The translations under genes and the position numbers were made by a program. Positions 20,587-28,990 of a DNA stretch of 36,345 nt are shown here, piece after piece. Origin of the DNA: a virus. The DNA is taken from the UHGV virus genome UHGV-0073579, one strand, 5' to 3'. The stretch's first letter is position 1. The number at the start of each line of letters is the position of its first letter. The notes beneath the pieces are model-generated. The model did not search any database and had not been told where the DNA came from. It saw only the letters and a program-made list of their open reading frames with translations.

Positions 20587-20661
20587 TGGCGGGACAGCGT
20601 GGACTCGAACCACGATAAGAAGGTTAACAGCCTTCCGTAATGACCTTTATATGACTGACCC
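20587..20661 (-). tRNA. tRNA-like element, Asn-type anticodon arm (GUU), aberrant D-arm; possibly a pseudo-tRNA
   Basis: T-arm CGTGG-TTCGAGT-CCACG and anticodon arm GAAGG-CTGTTAA-CCTTC match tRNA-Asn; acceptor has one T-T mismatch; D-stem does not pair. Confidence 0.4.
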
Positions 20662-20752
20662 AAATAAAAAAAGCCACCGTTGCAACTTAAGAGTCACTAA
20701 CGGCAGCTTATGCGAATAGTGTTGCTCATTTGCTCAATGATGTCAACACGTT

Positions 20753-21241
20753 CTATGCTACATGTTTAATTTTCTCTACACGTTTCCGGTTTTTAAACGC
20801 ACTATCCAGAACCGGATAAATCATAAACAACGAGGCATTGAGGATTTCGTCAACTTCCCGGCGACAGGTTGCGAGCGATGGTTTTTGAATGCGCCCGCCG
20901 CCCCGGCATAACATCTTGCGAGGTCTTGCGACACGATGATAGTAAGATGCAATGGCGTGCTTGGAAGATCCATGAGCGTAGTAGCTGAGGAGGATGCCAA
21001 ATGCTTTCTTGTCAATGTACATGACGGAATCGACGACCTGAGAAATCAACATTCCATCATCATCATTGCACATTGGCCTTGTCATAACTCTTCCCGGCTC
21101 TACGCTCTCCATGAACTTCGCTATTACGCTGCTCATGCGCTTTTCCAGACGACCTGAATAAACCCATGCGCCCCACAGTTCAAGCCAGCCATTCAGCCAC
21201 TCGTGCTGTTCTTTGGTGAGGTTTAGTTCTCTTATGCTCAT
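20753..21241 (-). CDS. Antitermination protein Q-like
   Basis: 162 aa; lies between the nin region and the tRNA/lysis block; family assignment from memory and position. Confidence 0.6.
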   Translation of the reverse strand: MSIRELNLTKEQHEWLNGWLELWGAWVYSGRLEKRMSSVIAKFMESVEPGRVMTRPMCNDDDGMLISQVVDSVMYIDKKAFGILLSYYAHGSSKHAIASYYHRVARPRKMLCRGGGRIQKPSLATCRREVDEILNASLFMIYPVLDSAFKNRKRVEKIKHVA

Positions 21242-21426
21242 CGTCTTCCCCTTTTGCCCTGTTTGACCATCAGGACGCCGTTAACTATTACGTGACGCTC
21301 GCCTTTGCTGTCTCGGTTGTACTTGAGCACTGTTCCTCTTGCGCAGGAAAGCATCCTCGCAACTTCGGTCTGATTGCCTCGTGTCTGAATAAGAAGATCT
21401 GGTATCGTTTGAATTGTGGCGTTCAT
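21238..21426 (-). CDS. ninH: NinH-like protein
   Basis: 62 aa; IPDLLIQTRGNQTEVARMLSCARGTVLKY resembles lambda NinH. Confidence 0.75.
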   Translation of the reverse strand: MNATIQTIPDLLIQTRGNQTEVARMLSCARGTVLKYNRDSKGERHVIVNGVLMVKQGKRGRR

Positions 21427-21785
21427 ACGCTCTCCAGTTCGGTGATTTTTATTCCAAGCCGTCCGCCTGGTACTTTCACACCACGAATTACGCGAATGTC
21501 ATCGAATTGCTCGTCGTCTTCCGCAAATCCGGCGTGGATAAGGGAGTCGAGTAAACCTTTCAGGATGTTGTCGAGGTCGCGGCGGCGGGAGTCTGGAACG
21601 TCTGCGATAACTTTGATGCGGAGTCGTGATTTGGTGAAAATGTCTAACTTAAGTTGGCGGATAATTTGCTGAACGTCTTTTCGGTATTTCTGGCCTTTAT
21701 CGCTGATGTAATATTGGCTTCCCCGTCTTCGCCAGTAGGTGTTCACCGACGGCGGGTATGGAAGCACAAACTGATATTCGTTCAT
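21423..21785 (-). CDS. rusA: Holliday junction resolvase RusA
   Basis: 120 aa; LPYPPSVNTYW...DSRRRDLDNILKGLLDSL...GGRLGIKITE matches RusA. Confidence 0.9.
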   Translation of the reverse strand: MNEYQFVLPYPPSVNTYWRRRGSQYYISDKGQKYRKDVQQIIRQLKLDIFTKSRLRIKVIADVPDSRRRDLDNILKGLLDSLIHAGFAEDDEQFDDIRVIRGVKVPGGRLGIKITELESV

Positions 21786-22060
21786 TGGACAAACACCCTC
21801 CCATTGTTAACCAATTTTTTGAGGGTAAGCACAATGGCCCGATCCATTTCAGCCCTTCGCTCTTCCCTGCTCATATCTCTCCCATTATCAATTCTTGAAT
21901 GACAATCAACACATAGCGCAGCAGTAAGGCAATCATCTACTTTAATCCCAACCCCCTTCCCTTCATTTCTGTGAGCGGCCTGAACTCCGTATCTTCCGCA
22001 AAGAACGCAAAATTCAATATCCCTGACTGCCTGAAGCCATTTTTTGCTTCTAAACATCAA
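21782..22060 (-). CDS. Cys-rich small protein (DUF1364-like), commonly paired with rusA
   Basis: 92 aa with CVLC...C...CVDCH cysteine pattern; ends 4 nt inside the rusA start. Confidence 0.5.
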   Translation of the reverse strand: MMFRSKKWLQAVRDIEFCVLCGRYGVQAAHRNEGKGVGIKVDDCLTAALCVDCHSRIDNGRDMSREERRAEMDRAIVLTLKKLVNNGRVFVQ

Positions 22061-22559
22061 TCCCCTCCAAAAAACGTCGGTACGCTGATTTGTTTTTTAT
22101 GTTGCACACTGTCTGCGCACAAACACCAAATTCTTTGGCTATATCTCTGTATTTGCCTTTTGATTTATATATTGATTTCACTTGTTCTGGCGTTAGTTTG
22201 CAGAAGTGATGATTAAAACCATGAACAAGCAACCCGGAATCAAATCCATGTTTAGCATTTTCTGTTCGCGTTACCCACTCGAGATTTTCAACTTTATTAT
22301 TAAGTTTATTTCCATCCTTGTGATTAACTTCCGGTTTGCCATCTGGGTTATCAATAAATACTTCTGCAACAATTCTGTGAACCATTTTATATGATGGTCT
22401 TTTCCCGCCACCTGGATACAGACCGACAAATGCATATCCTCCTGGTTTAATACCATGAGATAATTTTTTTGATTTACGGCATGAAATGATGTCTCCATTT
22501 TCAGTTACTTTATATATACCCTCAAAGCCGGGGATATCTTTTTCTTTAACATCACTCAT
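22050..22559 (-). CDS. HNH homing endonuclease (NUMOD4-like N-terminus, C-terminal HTH)
   Basis: 169 aa; GFEGIYKVTENGDIIS; HNH core EVNHKDGNKLNNKVENLEWVTRTENAKHG. Confidence 0.85.
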   Translation of the reverse strand: MSDVKEKDIPGFEGIYKVTENGDIISCRKSKKLSHGIKPGGYAFVGLYPGGGKRPSYKMVHRIVAEVFIDNPDGKPEVNHKDGNKLNNKVENLEWVTRTENAKHGFDSGLLVHGFNHHFCKLTPEQVKSIYKSKGKYRDIAKEFGVCAQTVCNIKNKSAYRRFLEGIDV

Positions 22560-22728
22560 CGTCTTCTTCCTCGTACATTGAGCTATTCGGATCGCTCATC
22601 AGTTCTGCGCAGCAGTGCTCACACACGTGAACTTCCAGCACATGCAGCTTCTGACCGCAGTTAGCGCACGTTAAAGCTCGCTCGACGCTTTCTTTCTGGT
22701 ATTGAAGAGATTGGGATGGACTAAGCAT
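22552..22728 (-). CDS. ninF: NinF-like protein
   Basis: 58-aa ORF below the track cut-off, translated by hand: [58 protein letters not shown]. Confidence 0.7.
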   Translation of the reverse strand: MLSPSQSLQYQKESVERALTCANCGQKLHVLEVHVCEHCCAELMSDPNSSMYEEEDDE

Positions 22729-23146
22729 TATTAGCGTCCTGCATCATGAGAAAGACAATCATGGCGGCGCGGAGAGGCGATTCGCCACAGAAGTAGTAGC
22801 CAGGAATATTTTCCCATTCCCAACAACCTTCCTCTAAATCACCTCCTGACCATGCGCACCATTCTTTTTCCGCTGTCATCCACATAGTGCTGATTTTGCT
22901 TTCAGTGATAATTGGCCACGCGTATTCAGGATTATTGCAAGGATTGAAGCAATTCCCGTTTGAAGAACGGAAGCCATTAATATCCCTTTTTTGCGTCTGC
23001 CAAATAGGACCTCTTTCGTCAGTGGGGATCTCAGAATCGAAGTCTGCTTCGTCATCAGGTATGAAGAAATGCTCCTCCATATCTAAAGCCTCACATACTC
23101 GTCTGTTAATTTCAAAATCACTTAACTGTGAATAATCCATTGTCAT
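22721..23146 (-). CDS. NinX-like (DUF2591-type) protein
   Basis: [25 protein letters not shown]...; start chosen at the ATG overlapping the ninE stop (ATGA); alternative start 6 nt downstream has better SD spacing. Confidence 0.55.
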   Translation of the reverse strand: MTMDYSQLSDFEINRRVCEALDMEEHFFIPDDEADFDSEIPTDERGPIWQTQKRDINGFRSSNGNCFNPCNNPEYAWPIITESKISTMWMTAEKEWCAWSGGDLEEGCWEWENIPGYYFCGESPLRAAMIVFLMMQDANNA

Positions 23147-23319
23147 TTCCTCGCACGATGTCTTAGCCACCGGATATCCCACAGGTGAGCCGTGTAATTG
23201 AAGGTTTTTACGTCAGATTCTTTTGGGATTGGCTTGCGTTTATTTCTGGAGCGTTTCGTTGGAAGGTATTTGCAGTTTTCGCAGATTATGTCGGTGATGC
23301 TTCGTCGCTGTCGTCTCAT
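23143..23319 (-). CDS. ninE: NinE-like protein
   Basis: [52 protein letters not shown] recalled as lambda NinE; start directly after the ninB stop. Confidence 0.65.
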   Translation of the reverse strand: MRRQRRSITDIICENCKYLPTKRSRNKRKPIPKESDVKTFNYTAHLWDIRWLRHRARK

Positions 23320-23756
23320 GCCGCCCTGTCTCCCCATCTTGCTTTCCACTCCAGAGCCAGTCGAGCTTCGTCTGACCACTTAACGCCACGATCTGTACCG
23401 AATGCCTGTATAAGCTCTAATAGCTCCGCAAATTCGCCTACACGCATCCTGCTGGTTGACTGGCCTATTACCACAAAGCCATTCCCGGCAAGGTTAGGAA
23501 CAACGTCCTGCTGCTTTAATGCTGCGGTAAACACACACTTCCAGCTTTCTGCATCCAGCCAGCGACCATGCCATTCAACCTGACGAGAGACGTCACCTAA
23601 GCAGGCCCATAGCTTCCTGTTTTGGTCTAAGCTGCGGTTGCGTTCCTGAATGGTTACTACGATTGGTTTGGTTGGGTCTGGAAGGATTTGCTGTACTGCG
23701 TGAATAGCGTTCTGCTGATGTGCTGGAGATCGAATTTCAAAGGTTAGTTTTTTCAT
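23316..23756 (-). CDS. ninB: NinB recombination mediator (Orf family)
   Basis: [56 protein letters not shown] essentially lambda NinB; start at internal Met with GGAGAGG RBS. Confidence 0.9.
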   Translation of the reverse strand: MKKLTFEIRSPAHQQNAIHAVQQILPDPTKPIVVTIQERNRSLDQNRKLWACLGDVSRQVEWHGRWLDAESWKCVFTAALKQQDVVPNLAGNGFVVIGQSTSRMRVGEFAELLELIQAFGTDRGVKWSDEARLALEWKARWGDRAA

Positions 23757-23769
23757 GACTTTCCTCTCC

Positions 23770-23804
23770 CCCAAATAAAAAGGCCTGCGATTACCAGCAG
23801 GCCT
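23770..23804 (-). terminator. Rho-independent terminator after replication operon (tR2-like position)
   Basis: aggcctgc-gattacca-gcaggcct hairpin followed by TTTTTATTTG on the minus strand. Confidence 0.55.
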
Positions 23805-23833
23805 GTTATTAGCTCAGTGATGTAGATGGTCAT

Positions 23834-25714
23834 TTAATACTCCGTCACGTTTTCCTGTCGCCACGCCTCGTCATATTCCGATTTCGGCATATTGGCGATG
23901 TAGCTATATGGCGATCCTGATTCAAGTTGCAGGAACTGGTGCGATTGCTCGTCAAGGAACAACGGGACACCACCTTCCCAACCTTCGCCGTTACGTTGTT
24001 TTTCAAGCATCAAAACAGATGCCGGAGATGCCAGTAGCTGTTCGTCCTTCTCTGACATCTTTTCACCACTCTGAACTCTCTGTAACGCTCTCTCGCGAGC
24101 CTTGTTACGCCAGATGATAAAAAGGTTGTCTGTCAGGTCTGTTATCGCTCCAGAGCCTTTTACGTCCATTTTCCCGGTTGGTTTTTCTTCGCTGTCTCCT
24201 TTTCTGGAGTGAGTAACGAGAATGACGTGGGAGTTTGTTTTGTTTTTGAAGTCACAAATCGAGTCAACAAATGCTTTCTGCCCGTTATAGTCATCGTCAC
24301 CTATGCCGCATTTCATCAGGCTGTCGATGATGAATAACTGGATGCCGTATCGGCGGCGAGCGTAGTCGAATATTTCGATCAGCCTGTCGGCTTTCGCCGT
24401 TCCGGTCAGGCCAAACACCCAGAGTCTTTCGTCATAAAATTTAAATGCAGAGTCAATTTCCAGCACTGGCGGCATCTTGCAGCACGTTGCCTGACGGGTA
24501 AGTCGCTTAAGGAGAATACCAGGCTTCAGCTCAAGTGACGCGATGCATGTCTTCACACCCTGACGCATTGCCTCAAGTGCCATATGCCCGACAACCTCCG
24601 TTTTTCCGTGACCGTTCACACCATTGACCAGCGTCAACTCTGCCTCACGGAACTGGAATTTATCTGCCAGAGATTCCCACGGTGGATTAAACAGATACTG
24701 CTGCTTGCCGTAGAAAGCGTTGATAGTGTCCTGGTAAAACTCTCGCGCGCTGTAGAGTTCTTCAGGGTCGAAGTAGGATGCCGTGCCGATGTACTGCCAG
24801 ATTTCATCCTCGGTAACACCGTTCATCAGGCATTCGTTGATGTCTTTGTACGGCAGAGTAACAAGACGGCAACGATGTTCACCGAGTCGGCTTGCGATTT
24901 CCCTTGCGGCTTCACGACCAACATCATCAACGTCCATCGAGATGAATATTTCCTCAAACCTGTCGAGGTTGTGATACTCAAACTCAATCCACTGTTGCTT
25001 AGCGCCTTTTCCTCCACCAAACGGCACGGATAACGCCGAGATGCCGTATTGCGCATAGCTCATACAATCAATTTCGCCTTCGCAAAGCACAACCGCCCTC
25101 ACGCCAGCGTCCAGAGCCTGCCATCCGAACAGACAAGGTTCACAATCACCTTCTGCCATAATGACTTTCTTCCCGTCCGGGCGCTCAGTGCTGATTCGCT
25201 TGACCTGCAACAACTCACCATCGCGTTTGTACGGAAGCACCAGTGCATCAAGTTCTCGTTCTCCATTCCACACCTTGCCGCTGACAACCTCGTAGCGCTT
25301 TACGACTTCTGGCGATATGCCACGCGATTGCAGGTACTCAAGATGGGATTCTGTTCTGGTAACGTAGCGGGCTATTTTCTTGCGATCAGGTCTGGAGAAT
25401 TTCTTCTCACGTTTGGCATCGAAATGGTGATCGTCATCCTTGATACCGAGAAATGCTTTCGCTTCCTGCATAGCCTGATGCAGGTTAATTCCACGACATG
25501 CCATCCACAAATCAAGCATGTCACCGCCGTCTCCCTCAGCGAAATCAGCCCATTTTTTCTTGCCGCTAAGATTGACCTTAAGGCTGTTTCCCTTGTCACC
25601 ATTGACGTTACCGGCAACCCACTCATGCCCCTCTTTCTTGCCGTTTGGCAACAGGTGCGGAGCCACCCTGTCAACCTGCGCCCAAAGCAGGTCGCTAAGT
25701 TCACTTGGCGTCAT
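23834..25714 (-). CDS. Bifunctional primase-helicase (Toprim domain plus SF4/DnaB-like ATPase)
   Basis: 626 aa; Toprim-like CEGEIDCMSYAQYGI; Walker A VNGVNGHGKTEV; Walker B LFIIDSLMK. Confidence 0.8.
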   Translation of the reverse strand: MTPSELSDLLWAQVDRVAPHLLPNGKKEGHEWVAGNVNGDKGNSLKVNLSGKKKWADFAEGDGGDMLDLWMACRGINLHQAMQEAKAFLGIKDDDHHFDAKREKKFSRPDRKKIARYVTRTESHLEYLQSRGISPEVVKRYEVVSGKVWNGERELDALVLPYKRDGELLQVKRISTERPDGKKVIMAEGDCEPCLFGWQALDAGVRAVVLCEGEIDCMSYAQYGISALSVPFGGGKGAKQQWIEFEYHNLDRFEEIFISMDVDDVGREAAREIASRLGEHRCRLVTLPYKDINECLMNGVTEDEIWQYIGTASYFDPEELYSAREFYQDTINAFYGKQQYLFNPPWESLADKFQFREAELTLVNGVNGHGKTEVVGHMALEAMRQGVKTCIASLELKPGILLKRLTRQATCCKMPPVLEIDSAFKFYDERLWVFGLTGTAKADRLIEIFDYARRRYGIQLFIIDSLMKCGIGDDDYNGQKAFVDSICDFKNKTNSHVILVTHSRKGDSEEKPTGKMDVKGSGAITDLTDNLFIIWRNKARERALQRVQSGEKMSEKDEQLLASPASVLMLEKQRNGEGWEGGVPLFLDEQSHQFLQLESGSPYSYIANMPKSEYDEAWRQENVTEY

Positions 25715-25821
25715 GATTCCCTCAGATTGAGATTTTTAAACCAGAAATCGACAAACGAAATACTTAACCAGCCGTGGTTATAACCAGCGACCAGTAGCGA
25801 TTTGATTTTTGATTTCATGGT

Positions 25822-26682
25822 TCACCTGTCGAAAAACACGTAGCCAGTTTTCGATACGGTGATTGCGGATGATGGTTTGGATTGTGGTTGAATAGTTTCT
25901 GGCTTCTCGTCGTTCCAGCGTTGACCGTTCAGGTAGCTCGATGGTAACAACCTGTCGAATCCGAACTGCTTACCATTCCTGCATGCGATGTCTTCTGCCA
26001 GCATCGTGGCAAACTCGCTTGCCGTACCCCTGGTAGTTTTACGCCATTCCCTGAACTGTGTTCTGAATGCCGAAGCTGCGTTTTTCTTCCCGGCTTTCCG
26101 CATGCCTGCACACCAGAATATTTCCTCGAATGCCTTGTCGGTTTCTTCGTGACGGTCATGTGATTTTTCACACTCCGTCCGAACACTTTCGGACATAGTG
26201 TTTTTATTATTTCTTTTTTCTTTTGTAATAGTTTCTTTTGTGTGTCCCTGTTTTGGTGACAGCGCTGTCACCGTTTTGGTGACACTTTTTGTCACCAATG
26301 TAGTGACATTATCACCAGAGTAGTGACACCCTTCTATTTGCCATTCCTCGATGTTCTTGTTAGGACCGATTTGCTGGCCTTCGCGAAGGATAACCTTCAT
26401 CGCGATAAGCTCATTCTTGGCCTTGTTTACCTTCTGTCTTGGCAGCCTGGTAATTTGAGCTAACTGACTATCAGAGATGCGATCCATCTTTTTACCGTAG
26501 CCGTATGTTTTACGGCATATGGCGTGGGCAACCTTGCTCTGATTTTTCGTTAAATCTGCGCCGATAAGCTCTTCATACAGGGCATTTGCAAGACGGGTAT
26601 AACCATCTTCAACTTCTGCCACACGACGCTCCACAGGCCGTTGTGAAGGCCTTAAATGTGTTACGGTTGCAAGATTACTCAT
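25822..26682 (-). CDS. Replication initiator, lambda O-like N-terminal domain with a different C-terminus
   Basis: N-terminus ...[56 protein letters not shown] resembles lambda O; iterons lie inside the gene. Confidence 0.8.
   Translation of the reverse strand: MSNLATVTHLRPSQRPVERRVAEVEDGYTRLANALYEELIGADLTKNQSKVAHAICRKTYGYGKKMDRISDSQLAQITRLPRQKVNKAKNELIAMKVILREGQQIGPNKNIEEWQIEGCHYSGDNVTTLVTKSVTKTVTALSPKQGHTKETITKEKRNNKNTMSESVRTECEKSHDRHEETDKAFEEIFWCAGMRKAGKKNAASAFRTQFREWRKTTRGTASEFATMLAEDIACRNGKQFGFDRLLPSSYLNGQRWNDEKPETIQPQSKPSSAITVSKTGYVFFDR
26195..26335. repeat. Candidate replication origin: iteron array plus AT-rich tract inside the O-like gene
   Basis: At least six GGTGACA/TGTCACC units within about 26250-26330, next to an AT-rich stretch at about 26195-26245. 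Confidence 0.6.
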
Positions 26683-26821
26683 GACCTTTCTCCTTCTGCA
26701 TCAGCTTCACTTTTTCCAACTCAGCCCGGAATCGACCAGGCTGCTTGAAGCTGGACAGGAAGCGATCACGTAGTATGTGTTTGTGAATTTTGTCCTGGTA
26801 AGGACTGAGTTGTTTTGTCAT
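26675..26821 (-). CDS. Small ORF (48 aa) between cII/c1 and the replication initiator
   Basis: ATG with AGGAG 7 nt upstream; [48 protein letters not shown]; stop overlaps the O-like start; below the track cut-off. Confidence 0.4.
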   Translation of the reverse strand: MTKQLSPYQDKIHKHILRDRFLSSFKQPGRFRAELEKVKLMQKEKGHE

Positions 26822-26855
26822 AATGACTCCTGTGGATTGATCCAGTCTTTCTACA

Positions 26856-27134
26856 TCAGGCCTCGAAGAATTCGCAGTTCTTCGGGGCTTTTTCTTTTGT
26901 CAGCATTCTGGCTACTTTCTTAGCCAGTTCCGCCAACTCCTCGTCTTCAACACCCCACTCCAGTACAGCCAGAAGCATGGCCATCTTTGGGATAAAGCTG
27001 TCTTTCCATCGCGAAATTTGCGATTCATTGATCCCTAATGCATCAGCAACCTTTCGCTGACCACGTACAGCAATTCGATTCAGGATGTTGCTTGTAATTG
27101 CATTCGCTTTCTTGCGAGTACTTGTAAGTTCCAT
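26856..27134 (-). CDS. cII: CII-type transcriptional activator (P22 c1-like)
   Basis: Start at internal Met: [61 protein letters not shown]. Confidence 0.8.
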   Translation of the reverse strand: MELTSTRKKANAITSNILNRIAVRGQRKVADALGINESQISRWKDSFIPKMAMLLAVLEWGVEDEELAELAKKVARMLTKEKAPKNCEFFEA

Positions 27135-27192
27135 ATGTAAGTATTTCCTTAACAAATAAGAAGTTATGCGCATCAACTTATGCGCGTTGTAT

Positions 27193-27236
27193 TCCCGCAT
27201 TTCGGCGGGAATGAGGACCATGACTGTTAAAGAGCA
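27193..27236 (-). promoter_or_regulatory. nutR (boxA plus boxB hairpin)
   Basis: Minus-strand tgctctttaacag (boxA-like), spacer, then hairpin tcccgc-cgaaat-gcggga; same elements as at the nutL site. Confidence 0.6.
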
Positions 27237-27242
27237 ATTTGC

Positions 27243-27428
27243 TTATGCCGCTTTGCGGTAAGCGCTTTCTTGATACTTCAGGGCGCCAGCTGTAACGACT
27301 TCCAGTCGATAGGCGTCTTTCTCTGGGATGACTTCCTTCCACTGAGAGACTGCTGCGTCGCTAATGCCTAACGCTTTAGCTACAGCACGCTGGGTTCCGA
27401 AGTGGTCGATAACATCTTTCTTGTACAT
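27243..27428 (-). CDS. cro: Cro repressor (P22-type)
   Basis: 61 aa; MYKKDVIDHFGTQRAVAKALGISDAAVSQWKEVIPEKDAYRLEVVTAGALKYQ essentially P22 Cro. Confidence 0.9.
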   Translation of the reverse strand: MYKKDVIDHFGTQRAVAKALGISDAAVSQWKEVIPEKDAYRLEVVTAGALKYQESAYRKAA

Positions 27429-27508
27429 AGACTCGCTCCGAAATTAAAGAACACTTAAATTATCCACTAAAGGAATCTTAAGTCAAGTTTATTTAAGATG
27501 TCTTAACT
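27429..27508. promoter_or_regulatory. OR operator region with pR and pRM
   Basis: Three about 18-bp operator-like sites with ATTTAAG...CTTAAAT half-site symmetry between divergent cro and c2. Confidence 0.65.
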
Positions 27509-28159
27509 ATGAAAACTCAATTGATGGGAGAGCGCATTCGCGCTCGGAGAAAAGAACTCAAGATCAGGCAGGCCGCACTTGGAAAGATGGTCGGCGTGTC
27601 TAATGTTGCCATATCTCAGTGGGAACGCTCTGAGACAGAGCCAAATGGAGAGAATCTTCTCGCCCTGGCTAATGCGTTGAAGTGTTCCCCTGACTATCTG
27701 ATGAAAGGAGAGGAAAGTCTTTCAAACATTGCCTATCACAGTAGGCATGATCCAAGAGGGTCATACCCTCTGATTAGCTGGGTGAGCGCAGGATGCTGGA
27801 TGGAAGCTGTAGAACCATATCATAAGCGTGCAATAGATAACTGGTACGATACAACCGTAGACTGTTCAGAAGATTCGTTTTGGTTGGACGTGAAGGGAGA
27901 CTCAATGACGGCTCCGGCCGGTCTCAGTATCCCTGAAGGAATGATAATACTCGTCGATCCTGAAGTAGAGCCGCGTAACGGGAAACTGGTAGTTGCAAAG
28001 CTCGAAGGAGAAAACGAGGCAACTTTCAAGAAGTTAGTTATTGATGCAGGCAGGAAGTTTCTAAAACCACTTAACCCACAATATCCGATGATCGAGATCA
28101 ACGGAAACTGCAAAATCATCGGCGTAGTTGTCGATGCAAAACTAGCAAACCTTCCATAA
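27509..28159 (+). CDS. c2: Prophage repressor, P22 C2-type (HTH plus S24 autoprotease domain)
   Basis: 216 aa; MKTQLMGERIRARRKELKIRQAALGKMVGVSNVAISQWERSETEPNGENLLAL... and C-terminal ...GDSMTAPAGLSIPEGMIILVDPEVEP... essentially P22 C2. Confidence 0.95.
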   Translation: MKTQLMGERIRARRKELKIRQAALGKMVGVSNVAISQWERSETEPNGENLLALANALKCSPDYLMKGEESLSNIAYHSRHDPRGSYPLISWVSAGCWMEAVEPYHKRAIDNWYDTTVDCSEDSFWLDVKGDSMTAPAGLSIPEGMIILVDPEVEPRNGKLVVAKLEGENEATFKKLVIDAGRKFLKPLNPQYPMIEINGNCKIIGVVVDAKLANLP

Positions 28160-28185
28160 GGGGGCATTCGCCCCTTTTTTTTATT
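28160..28185 (+). terminator. Rho-independent terminator after c2
   Basis: ggggc-attc-gcccc hairpin followed by T8. Confidence 0.55.
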
Positions 28186-28204
28186 TCCTTTAAAAATCAA
28201 AGCC

Positions 28205-28285
28205 AAACTTAAGTTACGGAAGAAAATTTAAGTTTTCTTCAAAAATACTCTTGACCATTAATTAAAGAGATCTTAAATTTAAGCC
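28205..28285 (+). promoter_or_regulatory. pL promoter with OL operators
   Basis: -35 TTGACC, 17-bp spacer, -10-like TAAATT; overlapping operator-like site attaaagagatcttaaat and a second upstream. Confidence 0.5.
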
Positions 28286-28324
28286 ATCAGCAGGACGCTG
28301 GAAGCCAAACGGAACAGATTGGCA

Positions 28325-28366
28325 GGCTCTTTAACATTGATGGGATTGTCCCGCCGAAATGCGGGA
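28325..28366 (+). promoter_or_regulatory. nutL (boxA plus boxB hairpin)
   Basis: ggctctttaaca followed by hairpin tcccgc-cgaaat-gcggga; boxB is the exact reverse complement of the element at 27193-27210. Confidence 0.6.
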
Positions 28367-28679
28367 ACCAAAGAGTAGTTGGCTTTGGGGTGACGTGAAG
28401 TGCAGCTGCACGACGGCAACCGGAAGATAAGCACCCGGCGCGTCACCGCCAAAGTCAATTCCATAGGCGTTATGCAGCCGCCACCATATTCAAGAAAGCT
28501 GCACAAGAGGTAGGAGGATTTATGTGAATGCATAACTTCAAAACCGAGGTTAATTAAATCTCTCGATCCGAGCATCGACCTATTAGGTGGCGAGATGCTC
28601 TTTCTGCCCCTCAGTTCGAGGGGCCAGAAACCACTTTGCAATCACTATCAATTCCAAAGTTGTTTCATCGGAGGTCAAC

Positions 28680-28979
28680 ATGACAGTAGTCATTACATAT
28701 CTGGCTGACGATAACGCCAGAAATCGCCGCAGAGCACGCAGACAGGCTCAACGTGAACAGGCAATGCAAGAGCAGCGACTGGCGCGAAAGATTGCGCTAA
28801 AGCTCTCTGGTTGCGTCAGAGCAGATAAAGCAGCATCACTCGGAAGCCTTCGCTGCAAGAAGGCAGAAGAAGTCGAGCGTAAACAGAATCGTATTTACTA
28901 CCGCAAGCCACGCAGTGAAATGGGTGTGACTTGTGTTGGTCGCCAGAAAATGAAATTAGGCAGCAAACCACTTATTTGA
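28680..28979 (+). CDS. N-like antiterminator with arginine-rich motif
   Basis: Start at internal ATG with GGAGG RBS; MTVVITYLADDNARNRRRARRQAQREQAMQEQRLARK; first gene after pL and nutL. Confidence 0.7.
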   Translation: MTVVITYLADDNARNRRRARRQAQREQAMQEQRLARKIALKLSGCVRADKAASLGSLRCKKAEEVERKQNRIYYRKPRSEMGVTCVGRQKMKLGSKPLI

Positions 28980-28990
28980 GAGGAATTAAT

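Noticed and set aside
20587-20661. Confident call of a functional tRNA-Asn
   Set aside because: Anticodon and T-arms fit, but the D-stem does not pair and the acceptor has a mismatch; kept only as a low-confidence tRNA-like element.
20662-20700. Terminator hairpin immediately upstream of the tRNA-like element
   Set aside because: On recount the palindrome is only gttgcaac (4-bp stem, no loop); the T-run is more likely a tRNA 5' leader than a terminator.
25049-25783. 244-aa plus-strand ORF
   Set aside because: Entirely antisense to the primase-helicase gene, which has clear Toprim and Walker motifs; no independent support.
28279-28641. 120-aa minus-strand ORF across the pL/nutL region
   Set aside because: Overlaps the nutL boxA/boxB and N leader on the wrong strand; the region is better explained as regulatory RNA/DNA sites.
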